Shown here: positions 27,081 through 36,582 of the stretch, in pieces
Numbering within the stretch: position 1 is the stretch's first letter
Layout: each line of letters begins with the position of its first letter
IMG/VR virus record: IMGVR_UViG_3300027908_000028
Location: 1-59,940 of that record
DNA: 59,940 nucleotides
Reading direction: 5' to 3' (one strand)
From: a virus
Lineage: Duplodnaviria > Caudoviricetes
Position numbers and translations under genes: made by a program
The notes under the pieces: model-generated
The model's database searches: none
Seen by the model: the letters and a program-made list of their open reading frames with translations, nothing else
Told to the model about the DNA's origin: nothing

Positions 27081-29663
27081 ATGGCATCCGTATTCGTAAG
27101 GCGGTTCCTCTTCGATCCCGGGAACAATGTTCTTTTGAACATTGAGAGCGTCAACATCCTGGATCTGACACCGCCGGGATCGATCGCTGGAATCGGAACC
27201 GGAACGGTGCTGATCGTCGGCGAGTTCGAGAACGGACCCTTCAACACGCCAACAGAGGTCAACGGCGCGAGCGACTTGTCCCAGAACTGGGGACTGCTCG
27301 GGTACACCTACGGCGGGGTGCAGGGCTTCAACCCTTGCGCGGCTTCGAGATATGCGGACAACACGCTCGCCGCGGAGAACTGGAACGGCAATGCGTTCGT
27401 TCAGCTGAACGGCAAGCAGTTCGCTCAGCTCGTCGTCTGTCGGGTCAATACCTCCGTGGGTGCGGTGACTCTCACGTCGCGGGCCTTCATCACGGGTAAT
27501 GCCGCATTCCGTTACTTCCTTGCCCCCGGAGATGTGCTCGGGCTCGACGTCGGAGCGGGACCGCAAACAGCGACCTTCACGGCGACCGCTGCAACCGTGA
27601 CCAGCGTCAGCGCAACCTACGCCATGTCGGCGGGGCAGACCGTGACCCTCGGCTACGATGGGGCTCCCAACTTCACGGTCACTTTCCTCGCGAGCGATAC
27701 AACGCAAGCCGCGGTCATCGCGCGGATCAATCAGTACGCTGGATTCACTTTCGCTGCGACGGCGACGGGACAGTTCTCCCTGACCGGCATTCAGCAAGGC
27801 AATCAGGGACAGGTGCGCGTCGTCTCGTCGTCTTCGGGTGGAGTTCTCACGGCACTTGGGCTCACGGTGGGAACGACATTCGGCACGGGCAACGTCGCCA
27901 ACATCCAAGCGGTTACCGAGGCGGAGATTCAGACAGTCGTCCAGGCTGCGGTTTCGAACACGGCCGTCGAGATCGATCCGAACGGCGCGCTCCGGATCTC
28001 CAAGACGACGGCGCTCGCGCAGGACTACGTCTACGTCACGTCAGCGACGACATCGAACGTGCAGACGTCGATGGGATTCGTCCCTGGACAGCAAGGCTCG
28101 AACCTCGGAGTGGGCTTCGTTCTGACGTCCACCGAGACGTACCCGCTCACCAACACGGGAACGATCACCCTCGCGGTCGACGACAACTTCGGTGCGCAGG
28201 GCGTCAACGGCGGAGTTCCTTTCGTTGTCACCATCACGGCGAGCATGGCACTCGCTGCCCTCGTCTCGGCGATCAACACGGCGGCGGGAACTACTGTCGC
28301 ATTCGCAGACTCGACAGGTGGCTTCTCGCTTGTCGGTAAGACCCCCGGCGGACGGATCAACGTTGTCGGCGCGAGCGCGGCCAACGTGCTTTCGCAGATG
28401 GGACTCGCGGTCGGTATCTACAACGGGTCCGGCCTGCCCATCGGGCTCATTCCCGCGGGTACCATCGTTCAGGACGCGTCCGCCGCACACGTCTTCGTGA
28501 CGATGCAGGACGTATCCTTCTCGACTACGGGTGTCACTGTCGGTGGTCTCGTCGCTCCGACGATGGGCCCGTGGTCCGTTCCCATTCGCCACGCGCTCGA
28601 CAACACCCTCGGACTCGGAGCGACGGCGGGAGCCATCGTGGTCCTTCCGAATCCGGTGCTGAGCTACTCCTTGTCGGTCATCAATCCTCAGGTGATCACC
28701 GCAGCACTCTCCGACTCGCAGATCGACGCGCAGTACATCAACGCGCTCAACTCGACGCTCGACATCAACACGGTCGCCAAGACCGTGAACATTCTCTACA
28801 GCGCGCGGCAGTCGAACACGGTTCGCAAGGGTGTGAAGGCGAATGCGCTCAATGCGAGTTCGAACGGGTGCTACGGGCGGGTCGCGGTCATCCGCACGCC
28901 TCTCGGTACGAACAAGAACGTCGCCATGTCGTCCACCGCAGAGCCCGGAGTGGGCGCGTACCGCGATCAGCGCGTCATCTACTGCTGGCCTCAGGGCAAC
29001 ACCTTCGTTCCCATCATCGGTCAGCGGGGGACGGCGGGTGGTCTCGGCTACACGTACAACGGCAACGTGGACGTGGGCGCCGATGGCTTCATGGCCTCGA
29101 TCCTCAGCCAGCTCCCACCCGAGGAGAACCCCGGTCAGGAGACGCCGTTCACCACGGCACTCAACTCACTCGAGTCGAGTCCCAACGCAGCGGGACTGCA
29201 GATCACCGACTACATCAACCTGAAGGCGGCGGGCATCGCTGCCCTCCGGATGGACTCGGGGACGGCGATCTTTCAGTCAGGAGTCACCAGCGTCGATCCG
29301 AACGTCTACCCCTCACTCGTTCGGATCTCGCGTCGGCGCATGGCGGACTTCATTCAGGACAGCCTCGCGCAGCTGGCGAGCGGCTTCGGGAAGAAGCTGT
29401 CTACGAACGCACGCCGTGCGGGGCTCACTTCGGAGATCCGGGCGTTCATGGAACAGCTCTTGAACAAGGGCAATCCGAACGGTCAGCGCATTGCCGGCTA
29501 CACGGTCGACGGTGTCACGGGCAACACGCCGGACACTCTCTCGCTCGGTATCTTCCGGATCATCGTCAACGTCCAAACACTTCCGTCGCTCGACTCGATT
29601 GTTCTTCAGACGACGATCGGCGAGCAAGTCCAAGTGCAAGAGGTCTTTCCCCAGGCGGCGTAG
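27081..29663 (+). CDS. contractile tail sheath protein with insertion domains
   Basis: N-terminal IVGEFENGPFNTP; C-terminal LKAAGI, ISRRRMADFIQDSL, IFRIIVNV; followed by tube gene. Confidence 0.88.
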   Translation: MASVFVRRFLFDPGNNVLLNIESVNILDLTPPGSIAGIGTGTVLIVGEFENGPFNTPTEVNGASDLSQNWGLLGYTYGGVQGFNPCAASRYADNTLAAENWNGNAFVQLNGKQFAQLVVCRVNTSVGAVTLTSRAFITGNAAFRYFLAPGDVLGLDVGAGPQTATFTATAATVTSVSATYAMSAGQTVTLGYDGAPNFTVTFLASDTTQAAVIARINQYAGFTFAATATGQFSLTGIQQGNQGQVRVVSSSSGGVLTALGLTVGTTFGTGNVANIQAVTEAEIQTVVQAAVSNTAVEIDPNGALRISKTTALAQDYVYVTSATTSNVQTSMGFVPGQQGSNLGVGFVLTSTETYPLTNTGTITLAVDDNFGAQGVNGGVPFVVTITASMALAALVSAINTAAGTTVAFADSTGGFSLVGKTPGGRINVVGASAANVLSQMGLAVGIYNGSGLPIGLIPAGTIVQDASAAHVFVTMQDVSFSTTGVTVGGLVAPTMGPWSVPIRHALDNTLGLGATAGAIVVLPNPVLSYSLSVINPQVITAALSDSQIDAQYINALNSTLDINTVAKTVNILYSARQSNTVRKGVKANALNASSNGCYGRVAVIRTPLGTNKNVAMSSTAEPGVGAYRDQRVIYCWPQGNTFVPIIGQRGTAGGLGYTYNGNVDVGADGFMASILSQLPPEENPGQETPFTTALNSLESSPNAAGLQITDYINLKAAGIAALRMDSGTAIFQSGVTSVDPNVYPSLVRISRRRMADFIQDSLAQLASGFGKKLSTNARRAGLTSEIRAFMEQLLNKGNPNGQRIAGYTVDGVTGNTPDTLSLGIFRIIVNVQTLPSLDSIVLQTTIGEQVQVQEVFPQAA

Positions 29664-29689
29664 TTTCGCCCTGAACAGGAGGATTCAAC

Positions 29690-30142
29690 GTGCCCGCGGT
29701 AAAGAACCCCAGTCAGCGCATCAAAGGTCAGGAAGTCGCCATCCTCATCACACAGGACGGCGCTCTTCAAGACACCCTCGTCGACATCCAGAACTTCAAC
29801 CTGGAATCGCAATTCGAGATCAAGTCGCAGGGCTATCTCGGAGAGAAGACCAACCGGAAGGACTTCATCTACAACGGATGCAAGTTCGACATGGAGCTTC
29901 ACCTGCATAAGCAGGACTGGTTCAACTTCCAGCAGTCGCTCAAGGACAAGGCGCAGCGCACCAACCCGGACTCTCAGTTCAACATCACGGGGGTGTTCTC
30001 GTTTCCCAACGGCGATACTCCGACCGTGCTCATTCCGGATGCATCGTTCGGATCCAACCCGACATCGATCTCTAGTCGTGGCGACTACGTGAAGGTCAAG
30101 CTCGAAGGCGAAGCGGACGACTTCACGGCGACCACCAGCTAG
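29690..30142 (+). CDS. tail tube protein
   Basis: 150 aa beta-rich, GYLGE motif, GGAGG SD, immediately after sheath. Confidence 0.8.
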   Translation: MPAVKNPSQRIKGQEVAILITQDGALQDTLVDIQNFNLESQFEIKSQGYLGEKTNRKDFIYNGCKFDMELHLHKQDWFNFQQSLKDKAQRTNPDSQFNITGVFSFPNGDTPTVLIPDASFGSNPTSISSRGDYVKVKLEGEADDFTATTS

Positions 30143-30175
30143 CCCAAAGACCCACCGGAGGCGCACATGCAGTAG

Positions 30176-30197
30176 GACCGAAAGTCAACTTTCGGTC
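30176..30197. repeat. 22-bp palindrome copy 5 (1 mismatch)
   Basis: GACCGAAAGTCAACTTTCGGTC. Confidence 0.95.
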
Positions 30198-30332
30198 GTA
30201 TGAGCTTCCGGCTCGACGCTTTACCGAGTACCTCCCACTCCGTTGTTCGGTCGACGGAGTGAACATGACTCGGGGTGGTTGTGCGCCTCCTGCGTTGGGT
30301 CGGAAGCTCTCTCAACGGAGGCGCACAAGCCC

Positions 30333-30938
30333 ATGGACAACGAAGAAGCAAAGGTAGATACGAAGCCGCGAACGATCGACGAAGCGTTCGCCGTCATGAG
30401 CGACATCGAAGCGAAGGCGCTCGAAGACGACACCTTCACGCAGGCCGAGGAACTCGGCGCCCCTCCCAAGAAAGAGGATGGCGAGAAGAAGCCCAGTCCT
30501 CTCGAGGAAGTCGGATCGAAGCCCATCCCTGACTTCGTGACCTTCCCTTCCGGTTTCCGTGTGCCGCCGGGAAAGGAAGTCATCGTCATGGTCTTTCGGG
30601 CCAAGTGGACCGACAGGCCGGAGCGAGGTGATCGCTGGTGTCTTCTCTGGTCCCTCTCGGATGCAGACGAAAAGCTCGCTCTCAAGAGGACGCGCGGAGA
30701 ATCCGCTCGATCCATCGGGGAGCTGGCCAAGCAATCGATCCGCCTCATCGATGGCAAGCGCGCGGATTGGACGAAGACGCTCGCAGAGGGCTATGACGTC
30801 GATCGTTTCTGGGACGAGATCGGCGCCAAGTGCCGTCAGCGCGTGGTCGATTTCTACCTCAAGATGCACTCGCTCAAGGCGGAAGAGCTGACGGATTTTT
30901 TCGAGAATTGTCTCTTCGTCAGGAAAGCGGGTGGGTAG
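30333..30938 (+). CDS. tail assembly chaperone (gpG-like)
   Basis: between tube and tape measure; GGAGG SD; slippery site near 3' end. Confidence 0.75.
   Translation: MDNEEAKVDTKPRTIDEAFAVMSDIEAKALEDDTFTQAEELGAPPKKEDGEKKPSPLEEVGSKPIPDFVTFPSGFRVPPGKEVIVMVFRAKWTDRPERGDRWCLLWSLSDADEKLALKRTRGESARSIGELAKQSIRLIDGKRADWTKTLAEGYDVDRFWDEIGAKCRQRVVDFYLKMHSLKAEELTDFFENCLFVRKAGG
30896..30902 (+). promoter_or_regulatory. programmed -1 frameshift slippery heptamer T-TTT-TTC
   Basis: GAT TTT TTC in chaperone frame; -1 frame stays open to 31225. Confidence 0.75.
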
Positions 30939-31225
30939 AAGAGGCGTGGCAGACCCCGGATCCGGATCTCGTCGATGACTCGCTCGCAATCCTCGCCGTT
31001 CGAGATGGCTCCGCGGCAGACGTCGTGTGGCATCACATCATCGACATCGATCCGGAAGAGAAGCTCCTCGACACGGCGCGAATGAAGATGGCGCTTGCGC
31101 GTTACGGGCGACAGAGCCTTCTTCAGTGGGACGACGTCCCCGTCAGCGAGATCCGATTCTGGTATGATCGCTTGAAGGAGCTGTTCGAGAACGAGAGATC
31201 CCCAGAAGCCATAAGCGAAGACTGA
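30899..31225 (+). CDS. tail assembly chaperone frameshift extension (gpGT-like)
   Basis: -1 frame ORF 30830..31225 ending 10 nt before the tape measure gene; LARYGRQ..LQW. Confidence 0.7.
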   Translation, partial: FRELSLRQESGWVEEAWQTPDPDLVDDSLAILAVRDGSAADVVWHHIIDIDPEEKLLDTARMKMALARYGRQSLLQWDDVPVSEIRFWYDRLKELFENERSPEAISED

Positions 31226-31235
31226 GAAACCTCCC

Positions 31236-33239
31236 GTGGCCGAAGAACAACAGCAATCCGCTGAACTCCGACTGAAGCTCGTCATCGACGATCAGACGTC
31301 GGAGACCGTGAATCGGCTGCGGGAGAATCTCGGAGGAGTCGAAGAGCACACCCACGCCATCGCGGGAGGCACCCATGAGATCGCGATGGGTGTCTTTGAG
31401 GGCAATGCCTACTGGGAGGCGATGAAGGTCACGATCGAAGGGATCGAGGAAGGCGTCAAAGCCGTCTTCGAAGTCGCCGAAGATCTGACGAAAGAAGCTG
31501 TCCACGCAGCCGACGAAGCGTCGCGGCAACAGCGTGGCATGACGGGCATGCTCCACCTGATGGATCAGGGGCAGCACTCGATGCAAGCCGTCGCCGACTA
31601 CGCGGGTGAGGTTCGTGAGGAACTCGAGAAGGGAGGACTCGCAGCGGGTGTCTCTACGCAGACGATGACGGAGATGTTTTCGACCATCGTTGAGCGTGGG
31701 CACATGTCGAGCGAGGCTGCGAAAGAGCTGACCCTTCAGATGGCGGAGGTCGGCAAGATCACACGTGGAGGAACGCAAGGTCTCGCCGAGGGCTTCGCGA
31801 TGATGGAGCTGGGGATCGTGCGCGCGCGCAATCCGCTCGTACAGCTCATCGCAACGACGGGCATCCTTCACGGCAATGCGAAGGCGGTTGCTGCGCAGCT
31901 CCAGAAGATGACGCCTGAAGATCAGATGAAGAAGGCGGAAGAAGCTGTCCGCCGGCAAGCCGAGTCGCTCAAGTCGGGCGGTGGTGTGAAGCTCACGATG
32001 GGTGAGTACAGGACGAGCTTCGAGGGGTATCGAGAGATGCTCTTCGAGGCCATCGGCAAGCCGATCAACAACACCCTTCTTCCGATGCTCGGGCGCGTGC
32101 AGGCGTGGCTCGCGGAGCACGCAGAGCAGATCAAGGAGTTCGGTCAGCATGTCGGCGAGAAGGTCGCGGAGTGGATCAACAAGATCGCTCCTCTCCTTGA
32201 GCACGCGTTCGACTTCCTCTACTCGCACACCGACGACATGATGAACGCGCTCGAGAAGGGTGCCACGGCTCTCTACAACGCCGTCGAGTACATCGTCGCA
32301 CACAAGGATCTCATCCTGGCTATCGGTGCCGCGGCAGGCATCGGAAAGGGGGCCGGGGCGCTCGCTGGCGCCCTTCCTGGCATGGGGTCCGCCCTAGGCA
32401 GGGGGGTAGGGGCGGTCGGCGGTGTGGGCTCTGCTGTGGGCCTTGGCGTGGGCGCAGCGGCAAACGCCGTGATCTGGGAGCAAGCGGCGGCACAAGCCCA
32501 TGCCCTCGAGAAGGAGTCCGGTCTTTCGTTCATCGATTCCGTCGGTCACATGCTCGGCGGTATCGTTGGCGCAACGGACGACTTCACAACGGCGAGCAAC
32601 AAGATCCAGAACTTCAACGCGATCATGGAGCGCATGCACGATCCGACGGTCAAGACGTCGGCGGAGATGAAGAGACTTCAGGCGCAGATGATCGCGATGT
32701 CGGACTCCATCGCGCAAGGCGGTGCGTCGGCGGAGATGATGGCGATGATGGAGCATGAGAAGCAACTTGCTCAATCACGCATCGATGCCGCTTCTCAGCT
32801 CGAGGCCTTCACCAAGTCGCTCGAGATGGCAGCAGTCGCGTCATACGACTCGGACTTCGCTGGTCCGCAGATGACCCTCGCGGAGAGATTCGGCGACGTC
32901 TACAAACAGATGGCGGGGACCAATGCAGCGGCGGCCGACGACGCGGCGAAGAAGATCCTCGAAGGCAATGTCGCTCTAGTCGAAGCGCTCGCGGGTACGG
33001 GTGCGGACGTTGGAGCCGCGCTCGAGGCGCTTCACAAGATGGTCAAGGGAGACAGTCTCGCCGGCATTGCGGGACGCGGCGGAGCAAACATCAACTTCAA
33101 TGGGGCATCGTTCCAGATCCATCAGGACTTCAAGGATCAAGATCCCGATCGCGTGATCGTCGCCTTCCGTCGCGATCTCATTCGGCATACCTTCGCGCGC
33201 GTGGACGCCAGAACGAACATGGGCTTCGGTGGGCTCTGA
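31236..33239 (+). CDS. tape measure protein
   Basis: LRLKLVIDDQTS start, Ala/Gly/Met-rich helices, follows chaperones. Confidence 0.82.
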   Translation: MAEEQQQSAELRLKLVIDDQTSETVNRLRENLGGVEEHTHAIAGGTHEIAMGVFEGNAYWEAMKVTIEGIEEGVKAVFEVAEDLTKEAVHAADEASRQQRGMTGMLHLMDQGQHSMQAVADYAGEVREELEKGGLAAGVSTQTMTEMFSTIVERGHMSSEAAKELTLQMAEVGKITRGGTQGLAEGFAMMELGIVRARNPLVQLIATTGILHGNAKAVAAQLQKMTPEDQMKKAEEAVRRQAESLKSGGGVKLTMGEYRTSFEGYREMLFEAIGKPINNTLLPMLGRVQAWLAEHAEQIKEFGQHVGEKVAEWINKIAPLLEHAFDFLYSHTDDMMNALEKGATALYNAVEYIVAHKDLILAIGAAAGIGKGAGALAGALPGMGSALGRGVGAVGGVGSAVGLGVGAAANAVIWEQAAAQAHALEKESGLSFIDSVGHMLGGIVGATDDFTTASNKIQNFNAIMERMHDPTVKTSAEMKRLQAQMIAMSDSIAQGGASAEMMAMMEHEKQLAQSRIDAASQLEAFTKSLEMAAVASYDSDFAGPQMTLAERFGDVYKQMAGTNAAAADDAAKKILEGNVALVEALAGTGADVGAALEALHKMVKGDSLAGIAGRGGANINFNGASFQIHQDFKDQDPDRVIVAFRRDLIRHTFARVDARTNMGFGGL

Positions 33240-33296
33240 TTCCCATCCTGCCCAGAATCGTGATAGCTACTAAGAGTCATCCTGAGGAGAGACACA

Positions 33297-33551
33297 ATGC
33301 CGACCAGCAATTCGCCCTTTGGCGCCAGCAGTGGATCCGCCGTCGCGTCGGACAGTCCGACGGAGAGTCCGACTCCCAGTAGCACCTCGACTCCCGCGAG
33401 TGCGACGGAGTCCCCCGCGGAGTCGAGTGCTTCGAGCGCGTCTCCGGCTCCGGGTGGCGCTTCGGGCAGCGGCTCAGCGAGTGCGGCTTCGGGAAGTGCG
33501 AGCACGGACAACCCGCTCGCGTCGTGGGCTCGCAAGCGTCGCGGGGAGTAA
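33297..33551 (+). CDS. Ser/Ala-rich disordered protein with C-terminal NPLASWARKR tag
   Basis: GAGGAG SD; resembles 7946..8320 at both ends. Confidence 0.65.
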   Translation: MPTSNSPFGASSGSAVASDSPTESPTPSSTSTPASATESPAESSASSASPAPGGASGSGSASAASGSASTDNPLASWARKRRGE

Positions 33552-33577
33552 CCTCCCTCACTCGAGGGAGATGATCC

Positions 33578-34855
33578 GTGGCTCTTGGCACGTACACAAG
33601 CACCCTCGTCATTGAGGAGCTAACCGCCGGAGCGGGATCATCACCTCGTTCGGTCACGCTCAATGGCCCATCTCTGCCTCTCATGGGCGCGGAATGGGCC
33701 ATGAAGGTTGCCGCTGTTACCACGTGGTACCCCGGCAATCCTGACGAGGCGACCCAACAGGTTCTCGGACCTCAAGAGCTTCCTTCGCGGTGGAATGGGG
33801 ATTGGCGTCGCACGATGATCGGGACCAACCCGGTCGGCTACATCGATGACGGCGGCAACGTTCTCCAGCTCGTCGATCCCGCGGACATCCGGGATGCACT
33901 CGAGTCGATTGCACGTGCGGGGCAGCGTCTTCGTGTGACGTGGAATCAGCTCGGAGCCGCGGGCTCAGCGACTCCAGGACAGGCGCAAGAGCAACAGGTC
34001 GCGCTGAAGTCGATGTCCGGGAAGATCGTGCGCGAAGGGCGCATGACGGAGCTGAAGTTCAAGTACACCCGGCTTCAGGATATCGAGTGGGAAATCCAGT
34101 TCGATTGGATGAGTCGCGGGGGAACGGTTGCGCGCACAACGGCGACGCGCGCGAACACCGTTGTTTCTGACTCAGCTGCGTACCTCAACGCGATCCAAGC
34201 ACTCGTCAACGCCAATCAGGATGCTCAAGCACTCGGACAGCTGCCCACCAATCTCACGCTTGGACAACTTGAGGCGTTCGCGAATGCGCCGACGGCGTTG
34301 GTCAACTCGCTCGCGCGCAAGATGCAACAAGTCGTGTCGAACGTGAGTCAGGTGGTATCGATCGCGCAGACCATCGCATCGCAGCCTGTTCAGATCGCGA
34401 ACCGTGCGGTTGATCTTGCACGCGACTCCGTTTCGCAGGTCAATGCGATGTACGACACGCTTTCTGCCATTCCCTACGAGGGCATGAGTACGAAAGCGAA
34501 GGTGGCCGATCTCGTGCGCGCGTGGACGAGCTTTGGAGAACAGAGCGATCTCGCGCAAGGCGCTGCCCACGCGGGGCAGCAGTTCACGACCAAGCTCGAG
34601 ACGAGCGTCCAGGGATACGTTGCAGGTCAGAAGAACACGAGCAAGCTCGCATCTCCGGCATCGCTTCAACAGATCTACGTGGTCAAGGACGGAGACACTC
34701 CGGCTACGATCAGCCAAGCATTCTTCGATACTCCTGATCGTGCGGTCGATATCTTGAAGACCAATGGCTTGTCCTGGTACACACCGACACTGCCACCTGG
34801 AAAGATCATCCTGATCCCGGTGATCCAGACAACCGATCCGACTCAGGGCGTCTGA
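33578..34855 (+). CDS. tail tube initiator / baseplate protein with C-terminal LysM-like domain
   Basis: YVVKDGDTPATIS..F.......IL..NGL......PGKIILIP. Confidence 0.75.
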   Translation: MALGTYTSTLVIEELTAGAGSSPRSVTLNGPSLPLMGAEWAMKVAAVTTWYPGNPDEATQQVLGPQELPSRWNGDWRRTMIGTNPVGYIDDGGNVLQLVDPADIRDALESIARAGQRLRVTWNQLGAAGSATPGQAQEQQVALKSMSGKIVREGRMTELKFKYTRLQDIEWEIQFDWMSRGGTVARTTATRANTVVSDSAAYLNAIQALVNANQDAQALGQLPTNLTLGQLEAFANAPTALVNSLARKMQQVVSNVSQVVSIAQTIASQPVQIANRAVDLARDSVSQVNAMYDTLSAIPYEGMSTKAKVADLVRAWTSFGEQSDLAQGAAHAGQQFTTKLETSVQGYVAGQKNTSKLASPASLQQIYVVKDGDTPATISQAFFDTPDRAVDILKTNGLSWYTPTLPPGKIILIPVIQTTDPTQGV

Positions 34856-36582
34856 TGCCGAGCGATGACGGTGTTGATCAGTCCTACTACGTCGGCGCTA
34901 AGATCCGACTGACTGTCCGACTCGACGAGTTCGGGGCGACGGGCAAGCTAGCGCCCGCGCCGAAGACTCCGACGAAGAATCTCAAGGGCGTCAAAGATCC
35001 GAACGCTCCGCTGCAGTACCAATCCGATCCGAACAACCCGGGTGCTTACGTTCTCGTGCCCCAGGGATCTTCGGGTGGCTCACAAGCGGCGGGTGATCAG
35101 GCAAGAAGCCCGGACGGACTCACCTTCGATCTCACTATCATTCCCAAGTCGATGAGTTGGAACCTCGTCGGCATTCGGCAAGGCAACACACTGCACGCAA
35201 CCATCAAGTGGATCGATTGTCCGATCGATCCCAGGTGCATCCGTGCGTGCTCGGTCGATGCGTTCATTGGCTCGGTCTCGAGCAAGGCCTATGCGCAGGG
35301 GGTAGCCGGTCAGACCGATTCGGGCTCGTCGGGATCGCAGGGTGCACCGGAGTCGCTCGCGGTCATCCAAGACAATTACATCGATGTGAACAATAATCAG
35401 CGGACCAACCTCCGCTTTCGCGGATGGGTCGACAAGTGGGAGATCGAGTGGACCGATGACGGAGAGCCGGTCATCGAACTCGAGTGCACGGACAATACAC
35501 GGCTCTTCGTCGAGCAAGAGATGCCCCCGAACATCCCGCTCGACATGAACCTTCCGATCGACAAGGCGGTGGCTCAGTACCTCGCCAACTTCTCCCAGTT
35601 CCAAGGACTGAGCGTCCAATACCGCCCTTCATCGGAGACACCTCCGACTCTCAAGGGTCTGCTCATGGGATCGGCGTTTCGCCCGAACCTCGGACCACAA
35701 CCGGCCAAGGGCGGAGGAGCGGACAACAAGCATTCTGTGTGGGACTACTTGACCGACGTGTGCGGATCGATCGGGCGCGCCATTTTCGTGCAGGGTGACA
35801 CGATTGTGATCCAGCGTCCGCGTACGATCACCGATCAGGCGAGCACGCAGACCAACCGTGCCGACGATCCGTTTCAAGGACGCACGGTCAACGGCGAGTC
35901 CTTCAACTATCGTCGCTTCATCTTCGGGCGGAACATCAAAGAGCTTCGCATCCGTCGAAACTACGCACATCAGAAACCGACCAACTATGAGGTTCGTTGC
36001 GTAAACACGGAGAGCAAGCCTCCGCTTCTCGTTGCGCGATTCCCCGAGCCGAAAGATCGCCAGGTCTACGCCATCCCGGGGAGCGCTCAGCCGAATCAGC
36101 AATGGAAGGTGAAGTACGTCTCTGGCGTGAAGGATCTCGCAACGCTCAAGCTCATCGCTCAGGGCTACTACGAGCAGACGGGTAGGAACGAACTCGTTGT
36201 CGAGATCAAGACGCGCAACCTCGCGAGTTGGGGCGGAGGCAACCTCGATCCGGACATCCTCGACATGCAGTTCGGCGACACCTTCGAGCTTCTGGTCAAT
36301 CGCGAGAAGCTCGAGGCATCGACCCTCACCAAGATCGAAAAGGCTCTGACCATTCAGGGAGCCAACGCTGCGCTTCTCGGACGTCTTGGATTCGCGACGG
36401 ACTTCGCGACGGCGTACGGACAGGCCTACTCGAACGTCGGAGTCCCCACGCTCTTCGTGCTCAAGGAGATGCACGTGGAGTGGAACATCGAGCAGGGGAT
36501 CGATCTCACGGTCATCGGCGTGAATTACATCGTTGTGCGTGCGGACAAAGACGACACGGATTCCGGAGCACCTTCGCCATGA
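34855..36582 (+). CDS. baseplate hub protein
   Basis: FRGWVD, LECTDNT, SVWDYL, FIFGRNIKEL; typical position. Confidence 0.72.
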   Translation: MPSDDGVDQSYYVGAKIRLTVRLDEFGATGKLAPAPKTPTKNLKGVKDPNAPLQYQSDPNNPGAYVLVPQGSSGGSQAAGDQARSPDGLTFDLTIIPKSMSWNLVGIRQGNTLHATIKWIDCPIDPRCIRACSVDAFIGSVSSKAYAQGVAGQTDSGSSGSQGAPESLAVIQDNYIDVNNNQRTNLRFRGWVDKWEIEWTDDGEPVIELECTDNTRLFVEQEMPPNIPLDMNLPIDKAVAQYLANFSQFQGLSVQYRPSSETPPTLKGLLMGSAFRPNLGPQPAKGGGADNKHSVWDYLTDVCGSIGRAIFVQGDTIVIQRPRTITDQASTQTNRADDPFQGRTVNGESFNYRRFIFGRNIKELRIRRNYAHQKPTNYEVRCVNTESKPPLLVARFPEPKDRQVYAIPGSAQPNQQWKVKYVSGVKDLATLKLIAQGYYEQTGRNELVVEIKTRNLASWGGGNLDPDILDMQFGDTFELLVNREKLEASTLTKIEKALTIQGANAALLGRLGFATDFATAYGQAYSNVGVPTLFVLKEMHVEWNIEQGIDLTVIGVNYIVVRADKDDTDSGAPSP

